Shown piece by piece: positions 39,101 through 47,709 of a DNA stretch of 64,000 nucleotides. This DNA comes from Clostridia bacterium (GTDB lineage Bacteria; Bacillota; Clostridia; UMGS1883; UMGS1540): assembly GCA_045577075.1 (NCBI GenBank), contig JAZNHR010000003.1, forward strand, positions 853-64,852, given 5' to 3'. The position numbers were made by a program, and so were the translations under genes. How positions within the stretch are numbered: position 1 is the stretch's first letter; every line of letters begins with the position of its first letter. A model generated the notes under the pieces. The model was not told the origin of the DNA. It did no database searches and worked only from the letters and a program-made list of their open reading frames with translations.

Positions 39101-40331
39101 ACTGACTCTCGGCTGCACGGGCGTGAAACGTACCACCGGTCAGCACCCGGGCGGCATCGTAGTTCTCCCAAAAGGGCGTGATATCAACGAATTTTGCCCC
39201 GTACAGCACCCGGCAGATAAAAGCGATAGCGATGTTAAAACCACCCATTTTGATTACCATTCCATTGATGAAAACCTTTTAAAGCTTGATATTCTTGGTC
39301 ACGACGACCCGACGGTAATTCGTATGCTGGAGGATTTAACGGGTCTGGACGCGAAGAAAATTCCCCTCGATGATAAAGAAACTATGAGCCTCTTTACCGG
39401 CAAGGAGGCCCTCAAACTAAAGGAAGACATTAAAAGTACTGTAGGTACCCTTGCCATTCCTGAATTCGGCACGGGCTTTGTGCGCCAGATGCTGGTGGAT
39501 ACAAAGCCGAAAACGTTTTCCGACCTTATCCGTATCAGTGGTCTTTCTCACGGGACGGACGTTTGGCTTGGTAACGCCCAGGATATCGTAAAAAGCGGCA
39601 CGGCCACCCTTTCAGGGTGTATTTGTACCCGTGACGATATTATGCTGTACTTGATTACGAAAGAGGTGCCCCCGAAGCTTTCCTTTACCATCATGGAAGC
39701 TGTCAGAAAAGGGAAGGGGCTAAAGCCGGAGTGGGAAGAGGAAATGCGTGCCCATAATGTGCCCGAATGGTATATTGATTCCTGTAACAAAATTCAGTAT
39801 ATGTTCCCCAAAGCCCATGCGGCGGCATATGTTACCATGGCGTTTCGTATTGCGTATTGTAAGGTGCATTATCCACTTGCATTTTACATGGCATATTACA
39901 GCGTCCGTGCAGATGATTTTGATTATGCAATAATGGCAAACGGTCATGAAGTGGTCAAGGAAACCATGAAGCGGCTTTCCGAGCAGGAGTCCAAAACACA
40001 GAAAGATAAAAACGTCTTATCCATTCTTGAAGTATGTGACGAAATGTATGCCCGCGGCTATACCTTCTGTCCCATTGATTTATACGAGTCGGATGCAGAA
40101 AAGTTCCGCGAGGTAGACGGCAAAATACTGCCCCCCCTTACCAGCATGCAGGGGCTTGGCGCAGCGGCGGCGCGAAGCATTGCGGAGGCGAGAAAAGACG
40201 GCGCGTTCCTTTCTGTAGATGACCTTGTACAAAGAAGTGGGGCAAACAAAGCCGTTATCGAGATTATGACGAAAAGCGGCGTTTTGGACGATTTGCCCCA
40301 AATTAGTCAAACAACCTTGTTTGGACTTTAA
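36114..40331 (+). CDS. polC: DNA polymerase III PolC-type
   Basis: 1405 aa; PHP (HVHT.MS), DEDDh exonuclease (FDIETTG), pol beta-like palm; GTG start overlaps ispG (start uncertain). Confidence 0.92.
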   Translation: MEVNGTKSIQEAFGGAPIPVGAADFRVAALKVDPASRSMKIKLWLPKIPIYGDILALKKELTAYYALHSISCDFVFGTLPPEGERTLALRDFIIGLLAEEKPVLEYVLKDSVWQAKDGILEICLHHGGGELLKAEGAARDIAKTVFKLAGETVKVQFTEELEEMELAAKPIPMPQRPTITKEKESVPIVGGVILGKPIDTETMPIANIEEGSGRCTICGEVFSAEGRDIKEKKLFTFNITDKTDSITCKLFLASDKYETVSAAVKKGSYVLVRGNATFDSFAGEVVIRVQDIGEAKKHEKADVAEEKRVELHVHTQMSSMDGVSSATALVKQAIKYGHSAIAITDHGVVQAFPEAYKAAKGSDIKVIFGVEAYFVNDIGASLYKGKSWPIDGEMVAFDIETTGLSPKTERITEIGAVKIRDGAVIDTFSTFVNPGKPIPAKIVELTGITDAMVADAPDETQAVRDFLAFCGEAPIIAHNASFDTSFIRAACTRMGEKYTPSIIDTLVFCRAMVISKRQHSLDKMAKYFGIENPSHHRAVNDAQVCAQIWAALAEQLKDMGVSDLADIDKKMAGNVDMKTLPSYHMILLAKNRQGLFNLYTLITKSHMDYFHKTPRIPKSELVKYREGLLVGSACEAGELFRAMVADESEASLLKIADFYDYLEIQPLGNNQFMIQNGTASDEEQLKDYNRRIVAMGEKLGKPVVATGDVHFLNREDEVYRRILMAGKGFDDADNQAPLYFRTTNEMLEEFGYLGDEVARRVVIENTRLIADEIENIPPVPKEKCPPEIEGSDTDIMHMSREKAERIYGSPLPEIVQKRMDKELDSIISNGFAVMYLIAHKLVKKSNEDGYLVGSRGSVGSSFVAFLSDITEINALPPHYVCPKCKYSEFIEGTAISGCDLPDKNCPNCGTPLYKDGHDIPFETFLGFDGDKAPDIDLNFSGDYQAIAHKYTEVLFGADNVYKAGTIGTLAEKTAYGYVRKYFEERGKTLRKAELDRLTLGCTGVKRTTGQHPGGIVVLPKGRDINEFCPVQHPADKSDSDVKTTHFDYHSIDENLLKLDILGHDDPTVIRMLEDLTGLDAKKIPLDDKETMSLFTGKEALKLKEDIKSTVGTLAIPEFGTGFVRQMLVDTKPKTFSDLIRISGLSHGTDVWLGNAQDIVKSGTATLSGCICTRDDIMLYLITKEVPPKLSFTIMEAVRKGKGLKPEWEEEMRAHNVPEWYIDSCNKIQYMFPKAHAAAYVTMAFRIAYCKVHYPLAFYMAYYSVRADDFDYAIMANGHEVVKETMKRLSEQESKTQKDKNVLSILEVCDEMYARGYTFCPIDLYESDAEKFREVDGKILPPLTSMQGLGAAAARSIAEARKDGAFLSVDDLVQRSGANKAVIEIMTKSGVLDDLPQISQTTLFGL

Positions 40332-40334
40332 AAA

Positions 40335-40380
40335 TGCCCCGAAAGAAAGACGCATTTCTCTTTCTCTCGGGGTTATGCTT
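40335..40380 (+). terminator. imperfect intrinsic terminator after polC
   Basis: CCCCGAAAGAAAGA..TCTCTTTCTCTCGGGG then TTATGCTTT. Confidence 0.5.
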
Positions 40381-40415
40381 TGGTGCACCATGCGGAAAAA
40401 TTTTTCAAAAAAGTC

Positions 40416-40444
40416 TTGACAATATGCCGCGTTTGTAGTATACT
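40416..40444 (+). promoter_or_regulatory. consensus sigma-A promoter (TTGACA-17-TATACT) of tRNA-Ser
   Basis: perfect -35, 17-nt spacer, near-consensus -10, 13 nt upstream of tRNA 5' end. Confidence 0.75.
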
Positions 40445-40457
40445 ATGAAGGTCGCGT

Positions 40458-40549
40458 GGAGAGATGGCTGAGCTGGTCTAAGGCGCACGACTGGAAATCG
40501 TGTATGGGCTAATACCCCATCAAGGGTTCGAATCCCTTTCTCTCCGCCA
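40458..40549 (+). tRNA. tRNA-Ser (anticodon GGA), class II with long variable arm, encoded CCA
   Basis: 7-bp acceptor GGAGAGA/TCTCTCC, anticodon stem-loop CACGA-CTGGAAA-TCGTG, variable arm ATGGGCTAATACCCCAT, T-loop GGGTTCGAATCCC, GCCA 3' end. Confidence 0.93.
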
Positions 40550-40551
40550 CG

Positions 40552-40581
40552 AAAAAAGCACCCCAAAAGGGTGCTTTTTTC
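40552..40581 (+). terminator. intrinsic terminator after tRNA-Ser (AGCACCC-CAAAA-GGGTGCT + T6)
   Basis: sequence. Confidence 0.85.
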
Positions 40582-40598
40582 TTTGCGGAGAGAAAGAA
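40567..40598 (+). repeat. direct repeat unit 1 (AAAGGGTGCTTTTTTCTTTGCGGAGAGAAAGAA) containing inverted copy of tRNA-Ser 3' acceptor end
   Basis: GCGGAGAGAAAG (40585-40596) is the reverse complement of tRNA 3' CTTTCTCTCCGC; unit repeated at 40764-40795. Confidence 0.7.
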
Positions 40599-40763
40599 TA
40601 GGATGCGAACTTTCGCCAAAGGCGAAGGTTCGTCGAAGCAGCCAAAGCGCGAAGCGATTTGGACTGCGGAGTCGGGAGCACCGCCGTCTGCCGGGCACCG
40701 CCGAGGGCGGTCGGCAAGACGGAGAGGCGCACCGTATCCCTTTACGACAAAGGAGCACCTCAA

Positions 40764-40795
40764 AAGGGTGCTTTTTTTGTGGCGGAGAGAAAGAA
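40764..40795 (+). repeat. direct repeat unit 2 (AAAGGGTGCTTTTTTTGTGGCGGAGAGAAAGAA)
   Basis: 29/32 identical to unit 1; 197 nt apart. Confidence 0.7.
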
Positions 40796-40933
40796 CGTCG
40801 GAGTGACCGCAAGGGAAGCTTGCGGATCACGGAGTCGGGAGTACGTATTCTATTTCGGGCACCGCTTTGCGGTCGAAAAAACTATATCTTACCTAAAAAG
40901 AATATGCATCATATATACGATGTATCTTCTTTT

Positions 40934-41146
40934 TTATCTTGGATTCATTTCATCTGTCCTGCCTAAAATATAATCAACTGAGGTTTTATATAAATCTGCA
41001 AGTTGTATCAGCATGGAAACCGGTATTTCACGCAATCCTCTTTCATATCTTGCATAAACTTGTCTGTTACACAAAAGATAATCGGCAACTTGCTTTTGCG
41101 TTAAGTCATGATCTGTTCGCAAATCATATAATCTTTTAAAAAACAT
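40934..41146 (-). CDS. XRE-family (Cro/CI-type) helix-turn-helix transcriptional regulator
   Basis: 70 aa; LTQKQVADYL..NRQVYARYERG HTH_3 signature; AT-rich context. Confidence 0.8.
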   Translation of the reverse strand: MFFKRLYDLRTDHDLTQKQVADYLLCNRQVYARYERGLREIPVSMLIQLADLYKTSVDYILGRTDEMNPR

Positions 41147-41245
41147 TAAAAATCACCTCTTGATTTTAATGTTACCATATGGTATTATAATATTAACAAT
41201 ATGGTATCGTTTGATACCTTAATTATATTTTTTAGGAGAGAAAAT

Positions 41246-41479
41246 ATGAATATAAAGCTTGAACTATTAAGAAACTACATAGTTGACTTAATAAAATACA
41301 GAATAGAAGAGCTTGACATTGATGCATCGCAAATTGCTGATACTACTGCTATTCAAATGTTGTCTGAGATACAAAAAGTAATAAAGGACGAAGAATATTC
41401 CGATTTTGATGCTGTGGAGAAAATAGTTTGCATATTTGAAAACTATAATATCGACTTTGGCTCTCGGCATGATTTTTAA
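41246..41479 (+). CDS. small hypothetical protein (divergent from XRE gene), low-GC
   Basis: 78 aa from MNIKLEL; GGAGAG RBS; codon usage AT-rich. Confidence 0.45.
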   Translation: MNIKLELLRNYIVDLIKYRIEELDIDASQIADTTAIQMLSEIQKVIKDEEYSDFDAVEKIVCIFENYNIDFGSRHDF

Positions 41480-41516
41480 TATTTTATAAAAAGGCATCTA
41501 TCCCTTCTAATCTTTC

Positions 41517-41548
41517 ACGAAAAAAGCACCCCCCCGGGGGTGCTTTTC
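41517..41548. terminator. bidirectional intrinsic terminator (GCACCCC..GGGGTGC) between small gene and AraC gene
   Basis: AAAAAAGCACCCCCCCGGGGGTGCTTTTC. Confidence 0.75.
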
Positions 41549-42309
41549 TAATTCCTCGCATACTGAGTCGGTGAAACACCGTATTTCTTTTTAAAGGCAC
41601 GGCTGAAATATAAGGAGTCGTTATATCCGACGGAGGTGGCAATTTCCGTAATCGTATCAAATTCACCGCTATCCATAATTGTTTTGGCATGAGAAAGACG
41701 TTTCCCTAAAATATAGTTTTGTGGACTCATAGCATAATGGGCCTGAAAGAGTTTACGAAAATATGTGCCGGAAATGCCGCAAAGCCTATGTAAGGTTTCG
41801 ATTTTCAGGTCAGCGTCAAAAATATGCTTTTTCAAATAGGAAACGGCAGGGGAAATGACGCTGAAATTCTTTTTATCGGCATAGGTTAAGCTTTCCAGGT
41901 TTTCAATATAGGCTAAAAGGGCGTAAAAAATGGAATAGCATTTATACTGCTCGGCAGTACCGCCAAATTTCCATAAATCGGCTAAAATGCCTTCGTACGT
42001 ATCTGCCTCCTGAAACCCGTCCAATGCATAGACGGCAGGGACTGCGTTCGTTATTTCTGCCTCGAAAATGATGGAGACATACATACATGGCGTATTAGAA
42101 AGGGTGGCCATTTCATAGCTTGCCCCTTGCGGCAGAAAAAGGATTTCGCCGGGATGGGTATCTATGCAATGCGCAGAAAAGGTATGCCGGGATACGCCCG
42201 CGGTGCGAAGCACGAAGGCGTGGTTTTTTCGGCATACAACCGACGCTCGGTTTTTTGAAGTCCCCTTTGTAATTCGTATGATTTTTAAGTTTTCTATATT
42301 TTTAAACAT
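41548..42309 (-). CDS. AraC-family transcriptional regulator
   Basis: 253 aa; cupin-like N-term, C-terminal HTH_AraC (..YFSRAFKKKYGVSPTQY). Confidence 0.85.
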   Translation of the reverse strand: MFKNIENLKIIRITKGTSKNRASVVCRKNHAFVLRTAGVSRHTFSAHCIDTHPGEILFLPQGASYEMATLSNTPCMYVSIIFEAEITNAVPAVYALDGFQEADTYEGILADLWKFGGTAEQYKCYSIFYALLAYIENLESLTYADKKNFSVISPAVSYLKKHIFDADLKIETLHRLCGISGTYFRKLFQAHYAMSPQNYILGKRLSHAKTIMDSGEFDTITEIATSVGYNDSLYFSRAFKKKYGVSPTQYARN

Positions 42310-42490
42310 GGCAATCCTCCACCAAAGTGAAAGTTCCCTTATATTCTAGCATGTTTTTGTTTTAATTGCAAATCAAACCGAAAAACTTTGTTTCGAAAAA
42401 TCCATATTGTTTCGTGTAGTCTATGTACATATCTTTTTCCTGTGCTATAATTGAACCTGTAACAATTGGGCAGAAAAAGGGGAGAAGAGA

Positions 42491-43870
42491 ATGGGAGCAC
42501 GCGCAAACAGCATTGATATGGTTGCAGGCCCACTTTGGGGTAAAATCTTAAAATTTGCGGTACTGTATATGCTGACGGCAGTTCTGCAGCATTTATATAG
42601 CGCGGCAGACGTTATCGTAGTTGGCAGGTTTGCCGGGCAGGAAGCCTTAGCTGGTGTAGGCACATGCACGGTTTTAGTCAATCTGTTTTTAAATTTTATT
42701 TTAGGCTTTTCAGCCGGAGCCACAATTGTGCTCGGCCAGGCCATCGGCGCAAAGGACAGGAAGGGGATTGGACAATCCTCCCACACGGCGATGGCAGTTG
42801 CAATCTGCGGCGGCTGTGTGGCCACGGCGATTTGTCTCCTCTTTACAAGGCCGCTACTTAACATGATTGATGTGCCGGAAAATGTTGTGAGCCAGGCATC
42901 CGTATATCTTCGTATTATTGCGGTTGGGTTTGTGCCGTCACTTATTTATAATTTCGGCGCCGCAATCCTTCGCGCAAAAGGCGATACAAAACAAGCACTT
43001 TATATTGTGACGATTTCAGGCATTATCAATGTGCTTTTAAATCTTTTCTTTGTTTGTGTTTTTAAAATGCGCGCGGACGGTGTTGCAATCGCAACGGTCC
43101 TTTCCCAGATTTTCTCCGCGGTGGCAATTTTACATATTTTGTGCCACGAACCGGATGAAACCAGAATTGAAATAGGGAAAATACGGATTTATAAAAAGCC
43201 GTTTTTCAAGATTATACGTCTGGGACTGCCTTCGGGCATACAAAGCTCCGTGTATTCGGTTTCGAATATCTTGGTGCAGTCCAGCGTAAACAGCTTCGGG
43301 TCTGCCGCCATTGCAGGCAGTAGCGCGGCATCCAGCATAATGGAAATTTATAGCCATATGCACAATAGTGTCTATCAAGCATCTCTCGTCTTTGTGAGTC
43401 AGAATTTCGGCGCAAAGCAGTTTAAAAGAATTCAAAAAACAATGCTGATTTGCGCGGCTTATGTTGCTGCAATTTGGGCATTCCAATCCATGGTTACATA
43501 TTTCGGCGCAGAAATGTTAATCGGCCTGTATACGCCGAATGACCCGGCGGCGATGGAAATGGGGATTCGTAAAATGATCATTTTGGGATATTCGTATGGT
43601 TTACTGGGGCTGTTAAATGTCATGAACGGTGCACTTCGGGGCATGGGAGCTTCTTTTATAAACATGCTTATGTCCATCGCTGGGGTCTGCGGTATTCGTA
43701 TTTTATGGATTTTGACTGCATTTCGCGCAATCGGCTCTTTTGAATCTTTGTTTTTCTGCTATCCGCTGTCCTGGATTGGCACGGCCTGCCTGCATTTTAT
43801 GATGTTTTTGGCTGTCTTCAAAAAAGCGAAAAAAGTAAGCAATGTCGAAAAAGCGGAAGTATGTGCATAA
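42491..43870 (+). CDS. MATE-family multidrug efflux transporter
   Basis: 459 aa, 12 TM, MATE N-terminal motifs (PLWGKILKFAVLYMLTAVLQ). Confidence 0.85.
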   Translation: MGARANSIDMVAGPLWGKILKFAVLYMLTAVLQHLYSAADVIVVGRFAGQEALAGVGTCTVLVNLFLNFILGFSAGATIVLGQAIGAKDRKGIGQSSHTAMAVAICGGCVATAICLLFTRPLLNMIDVPENVVSQASVYLRIIAVGFVPSLIYNFGAAILRAKGDTKQALYIVTISGIINVLLNLFFVCVFKMRADGVAIATVLSQIFSAVAILHILCHEPDETRIEIGKIRIYKKPFFKIIRLGLPSGIQSSVYSVSNILVQSSVNSFGSAAIAGSSAASSIMEIYSHMHNSVYQASLVFVSQNFGAKQFKRIQKTMLICAAYVAAIWAFQSMVTYFGAEMLIGLYTPNDPAAMEMGIRKMIILGYSYGLLGLLNVMNGALRGMGASFINMLMSIAGVCGIRILWILTAFRAIGSFESLFFCYPLSWIGTACLHFMMFLAVFKKAKKVSNVEKAEVCA

Positions 43871-43896
43871 AAAATACATTTTATTCCATTTTTGTA

Positions 43897-43925
43897 TTGA
43901 AATTTCTTTCAAAATGTGGTATAGT
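43897..43925 (+). promoter_or_regulatory. sigma-A-type promoter (TTGAAA-17-TATAGT, TG-extended) for purC
   Basis: hexamers 40 nt upstream of ATG. Confidence 0.55.
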
Positions 43926-43966
43926 ATTTTTATTAAAGCTAAATCTTGCGAAAAGGGGCATGCGAA

Positions 43967-44650
43967 ATGAAGAAAATTTATGAAGGCAAAACAAAAGATG
44001 TATTTAGTCTTGAAAACGGCAACGTACTCTTAAAGTTTAAAGATGACTGCACGGGTAAAGACGGCGTGTTCGATCCCGGCGAAAATTCCGTCGGTCTTAA
44101 AATCGAAGGCATCGGCCGCGAAAACCTGAGAACGTCCATTTATTATTTTGACTTGCTGAAAAAAGCAGGCATTAAAACCCACTACGTGAGTGCTGATGTG
44201 GAAGAAGCCACCATGGAAGTTCTGCCCGGCAAAGTGTTCGGTCACGGTCTGGAAGTTATTTGCCGTCTTGTGGCAACCGGCAGCTTTATTCGCAGATACG
44301 GCGAATATATTGAAGACGGCACACCCCTTCCCGGCGGCTATGTAGAATGTACCTTTAAGAATGACGAAAAGGGCGATCCCTTAGTTACCGGCGAAGGCCT
44401 TGCAGCCCTCGGCGTTATGACCCCGGCGATGTTTGAAAGCATGAAGGAACAGACCTTGAAAATCACAAAGATTGTTGCTGACGACCTGAAAACCATCGGT
44501 CTTGACCTTTGGGATATTAAGTTTGAATTTGGCTACAACAATGACGAAGTTATCCTGATTGACGAAATTGCTTCCGGCAACATGCGCGTATATAAGGACG
44601 GCAAAATTGTAGAACCGGTAGAACTGACAAAGCTCATCTTAAATCGTTAA
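43967..44650 (+). CDS. purC: phosphoribosylaminoimidazole-succinocarboxamide synthase
   Basis: [17 protein letters not shown] synthetase N-terminus; 228 aa. Confidence 0.92.
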   Translation: MKKIYEGKTKDVFSLENGNVLLKFKDDCTGKDGVFDPGENSVGLKIEGIGRENLRTSIYYFDLLKKAGIKTHYVSADVEEATMEVLPGKVFGHGLEVICRLVATGSFIRRYGEYIEDGTPLPGGYVECTFKNDEKGDPLVTGEGLAALGVMTPAMFESMKEQTLKITKIVADDLKTIGLDLWDIKFEFGYNNDEVILIDEIASGNMRVYKDGKIVEPVELTKLILNR

Positions 44651-44658
44651 ACTGCGGT

Positions 44659-44687
44659 AAAAGAGCACCCTTCGGGGTGCTTTTTTG
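44659..44687 (+). terminator. intrinsic terminator after purC (GAGCACCC-TTCG-GGGTGCTT + T-run)
   Basis: sequence. Confidence 0.85.
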
Positions 44688-44792
44688 ATGTAAAAACAAA
44701 GAATTTGCCGAAAGAGCGACACATTTTGAAAGGCGGTGCATATAGTAAAGTGAGGCGTTTTTCAGTTTACGCCTTGGATGGGAGATGAGGCA

Positions 44793-45014
44793 ATGAATGT
44801 ACAAGTACGGTCCATGACGGAAGCGGTCAGAATCAAGCAGATGCTGGCGGCAAAGGGTATTCCTGCAAAGGTAATACAAACGCCGCTCTCCATGCGGCAG
44901 GGCGGATGCGGGTATTCCTTGCAGCTACAGCCCCAGGCGCTGGAAGAAGCAGAAAAAGCAGCAGAAAAGGCAAAAATCCGGATTCTCAGCGTACAGAGGA
45001 GCAGGCGCGAATGA
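44793..45014 (+). CDS. DUF3343-family small protein (putative sulfur/selenium-trafficking partner)
   Basis: 73 aa; conserved GCGYSL motif; start overlaps downstream cysteine desulfurase gene (ATGA). Confidence 0.6.
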   Translation: MNVQVRSMTEAVRIKQMLAAKGIPAKVIQTPLSMRQGGCGYSLQLQPQALEEAEKAAEKAKIRILSVQRSRRE

Positions 45015-46150
45015 TTTATCTTGATAACGGTGCAACCTCCTTTCCGAAACCCCGGTCGGTGCATGCAGCGTATGCAGACTGCATGCAAAGGTATGCTGCA
45101 AACGCAGGCAGGGGTGCACACAAATTCAGCATTATGGCGGCAGAAAAAATATGGGAGACCCGTGGACTTTTAGCCACGCTCTTTCATATTGAGACAGCAG
45201 AAAGAATCGTTTTTACGCAAAACTGCACGGAAGGCATCAATCTCGCCCTAAAGGGCATCGCATTACCGGGGGAGGACATTGTGATTTCTGATATGGAGCA
45301 TAACAGTGTTTATAGACCTTGTGTTGCAATGGCAGAAAAAGGCGTCCGCACGCTTTTTGCCAAGTCGGATGAAGACGGATATGTTTCGCCCGAGGCTGTT
45401 TTCAAGGAAATTACGCCCCGAACACGTCTTGTTTGCATCCAGCATGCTTCCAATGTTTCCGGTGGTATAAACCCGATTCGGGAAATCGGCCGGGGCCTTC
45501 GAGACAGGGGTATTTTGTTTATGGTAGATGCGGCGCAAACAGCAGGTAATGTAGATATTGACGTTTTGCGGGATTGCATTGATATTCTGGCGTTCCCCGG
45601 GCACAAAGGCCTCTTAGGCCCACAGGGGACAGGGGGGCTGTATGTAAGGGAAGGCATCCCGATACAAACGCTTCGCGAGGGCGGTACGGGCAGCGGCTCG
45701 GAAAGTCCGCATATGCCTGACTTTTTGCCGGACAGGCTTGAAAGCGGCACACTCAATCTCCCCGGCATTGCAGGGCTTGGGGCAGGGGTTCGGTTTGTGC
45801 TTCGGCACGGGGTAGAAACTATAGGCACCCACGAACGGCGCCTTGCCGAACTTTTTATACAAAAGATAAAACCTCTTAGAAACGTCCGCATTCTAGGCCC
45901 GCAGGAGGCAGGCAGGCGTACGGGCGTAGTTTCTCTCGTGGCAGAGGGGAAAGACGCTTCGTTCCTTGCGGAAATACTCGACCGTAAATATGGCATTGCC
46001 GTGCGGGCAGGTCTACACTGTGCGCCACTTGCGGCGGCAAGGTTTGGTATTTTAAAGGAAGGCAGTGTGCGGTTTTCGCCCGGGGTGTTTACAACCAAAC
46101 GCGAGGTGGAATATGCAGCAGGAGCAATGTGGGAAATCCTTTCGGAATAG
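45011..46150 (+). CDS. cysteine desulfurase-family class V aminotransferase (NifS/CsdA-like)
   Basis: 379 aa; PLP Lys in AFPGHKGLLGPQGTGGLYV, C-terminal catalytic Cys (GLHCAPL). Confidence 0.85.
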   Translation: MIYLDNGATSFPKPRSVHAAYADCMQRYAANAGRGAHKFSIMAAEKIWETRGLLATLFHIETAERIVFTQNCTEGINLALKGIALPGEDIVISDMEHNSVYRPCVAMAEKGVRTLFAKSDEDGYVSPEAVFKEITPRTRLVCIQHASNVSGGINPIREIGRGLRDRGILFMVDAAQTAGNVDIDVLRDCIDILAFPGHKGLLGPQGTGGLYVREGIPIQTLREGGTGSGSESPHMPDFLPDRLESGTLNLPGIAGLGAGVRFVLRHGVETIGTHERRLAELFIQKIKPLRNVRILGPQEAGRRTGVVSLVAEGKDASFLAEILDRKYGIAVRAGLHCAPLAAARFGILKEGSVRFSPGVFTTKREVEYAAGAMWEILSE

Positions 46151-46215
46151 CATAAAAACAAAGTCGTGTGCATACGTTTTATGCACACGGCTTTTTAGTA
46201 GTGGGGAGGAGTAGT

Positions 46216-46452
46216 ATGCGAATTTATGATTTTCGACAAAAGGAAGTCATTAACCTTGCGGATGGCACAAGACTGGGGTATGTGTTTGATGCAGAAATCG
46301 ATAAGGAAACGGGAAGGGTAAAGGCGTTGATTATCCCGGGGCAGGGTAAAATGCTGGGCCTTTTTGGAAAAGATAACGAGTATTCCATTCCCTGGGAGAG
46401 TATTAAAAAAATCGGTGACGATATTGTACTTATCGACACCGATCTTGGATAA
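46216..46452 (+). CDS. YlmC/YmxH-family sporulation protein (PRC-barrel)
   Basis: 78 aa; MRIYDFRQKEVINLADGTRLGYV.D.EID signature. Confidence 0.8.
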   Translation: MRIYDFRQKEVINLADGTRLGYVFDAEIDKETGRVKALIIPGQGKMLGLFGKDNEYSIPWESIKKIGDDIVLIDTDLG

Positions 46453-47005
46453 ACTGTTTATACTCTTCATACGTCATGAGCGAATTTGCCGCCGAGAGGA
46501 GCGCCTTTGCGGAAAGACGGGGCGGAAGGTGCAGATGCCGGGCAAGGTCTGCGCGAAGAAACGCACTTTTTTCGCCACCGGAAAGACCATCCCGATAAAA
46601 ATCCATACTTGTAATTTGCCGCGCGGAAGCGTCCGCAGGGGTGGCAACGGCGCGGAGTACCTCTAAAAGCGTTTCGCGCCCTATGCCCTCGACGCCAAGG
46701 GTGCCTTCCGCGGAAGGGCGGTTTTTACGTTTTTCCTTGCCGGGCAGGGCAGGAATATAGGCGTGGCGCACAACCCCTGTCTGTATGCGCTCTGTTAAAA
46801 AAGAACGAATTTTAAAGCCAGCGGCGTCCGAGTCCATTAAAATAATAATGCCTGTTTTTTCGGCAAGGCTGCGAATATACGAAAGCCGCGCCTCGTCCGT
46901 GAAAATAGAAAACCCGTAGGTGGGGACTACAAGGGCTTCGCAAACGCTAGCAAGTGTAATTTTATCGTATATACCTTCTACAATAATAGCTTCTTTGATT
47001 TTCAT
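46430..47005 (-). CDS. rnmV: ribonuclease M5 (Toprim-domain 5S rRNA maturase)
   Basis: 191 aa; EAIIVEG..DSDAAG Toprim motifs. Confidence 0.75.
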   Translation of the reverse strand: MKIKEAIIVEGIYDKITLASVCEALVVPTYGFSIFTDEARLSYIRSLAEKTGIIILMDSDAAGFKIRSFLTERIQTGVVRHAYIPALPGKEKRKNRPSAEGTLGVEGIGRETLLEVLRAVATPADASARQITSMDFYRDGLSGGEKSAFLRADLARHLHLPPRLSAKALLSAANSLMTYEEYKQFIQDRCR

Positions 47006-47643
47006 TACATCTGTGTTGTCGGTGCGTCGGCTAATTCTCCGAGGAATCGGTTTTCACCGTCCAGAAGGATTGCCTGCGTACCGTCCTTTTTATAGTTTAC
47101 AATCGTTATGGAGGCGTTTGGCGGGGAACTAATGGCAGTAAGGGATGAAAGGGGTACCCCGACCCATGCAGTCTTTAAAACGCGGATGGGTGTGGCATGG
47201 GTGATAACCGCCACCGTCTCTCCGGCGTGTTTTTTCACAATATCCTCTATGGCGGCGCGGGTGCGGTCAAATAACTGTTGCATATTTTCGCCGCCGTGAG
47301 GCCGGAAGGACGTTTTCCCCGTTCGCCATATTTTATAGTCCTCGTTTGCGTTTAAGAACAAAAAGTCCTTTTTCTGCCATGCGCCGGCATGAATTTCCCG
47401 CAGCCTTGCATCCGTAAAAACAGGGAGACCTAAAAGCGCGGCAATGGGACGGGCAGTTTCGGTGCAGCGGCACAGGTCACTTGCATAGACTGCGGCAATG
47501 GGGTAGTCCTTTAAAAAATCTGCCATCAGCCTCGCTTGCTCGCGTCCAAGGCTTGTCAGTGGCACGTCCACATGCCCGGCAAAAAAATTGTCTGTGTTTG
47601 CAAGGCTTTGCCCGTGGCGGACAAAGATAAGTCTGGTATCCAT
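47005..47643 (-). CDS. histidine phosphatase family protein (phosphoglycerate mutase-like)
   Basis: RHGQS catalytic motif at N-term (LIFVRHGQSLAN), ITHATP; AAAGGA RBS before ATG 47643. Confidence 0.85.
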   Translation of the reverse strand: MDTRLIFVRHGQSLANTDNFFAGHVDVPLTSLGREQARLMADFLKDYPIAAVYASDLCRCTETARPIAALLGLPVFTDARLREIHAGAWQKKDFLFLNANEDYKIWRTGKTSFRPHGGENMQQLFDRTRAAIEDIVKKHAGETVAVITHATPIRVLKTAWVGVPLSSLTAISSPPNASITIVNYKKDGTQAILLDGENRFLGELADAPTTQM

Positions 47644-47709
47644 TATGTATTCCTTTCTTATGTACCAAAGCCGTTCCAAACACAAATCTATATTTGGAAC
47701 GGCGTTATA

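Larger units (their letters stand above)
40900..41548. other. low-GC (about 30%) islet adjacent to tRNA-Ser carrying divergent XRE/Cro-like regulator pair; likely remnant of an integrated element
   Basis: sharp GC drop vs about 52% flanks; tRNA-proximal; bounded by terminator 41517-41548. Confidence 0.35.

Noticed and set aside
40552-44687. Cluster of four near-identical GCACCC..GGGTGC terminators (40552, 40753, 41517, 44659) as a mobile repeat family
   Set aside because: Such GC-clamp terminator stems recur naturally in a genome; without flanking conservation they are better explained as ordinary intrinsic terminators. The inverted tRNA-end copies are reported separately.
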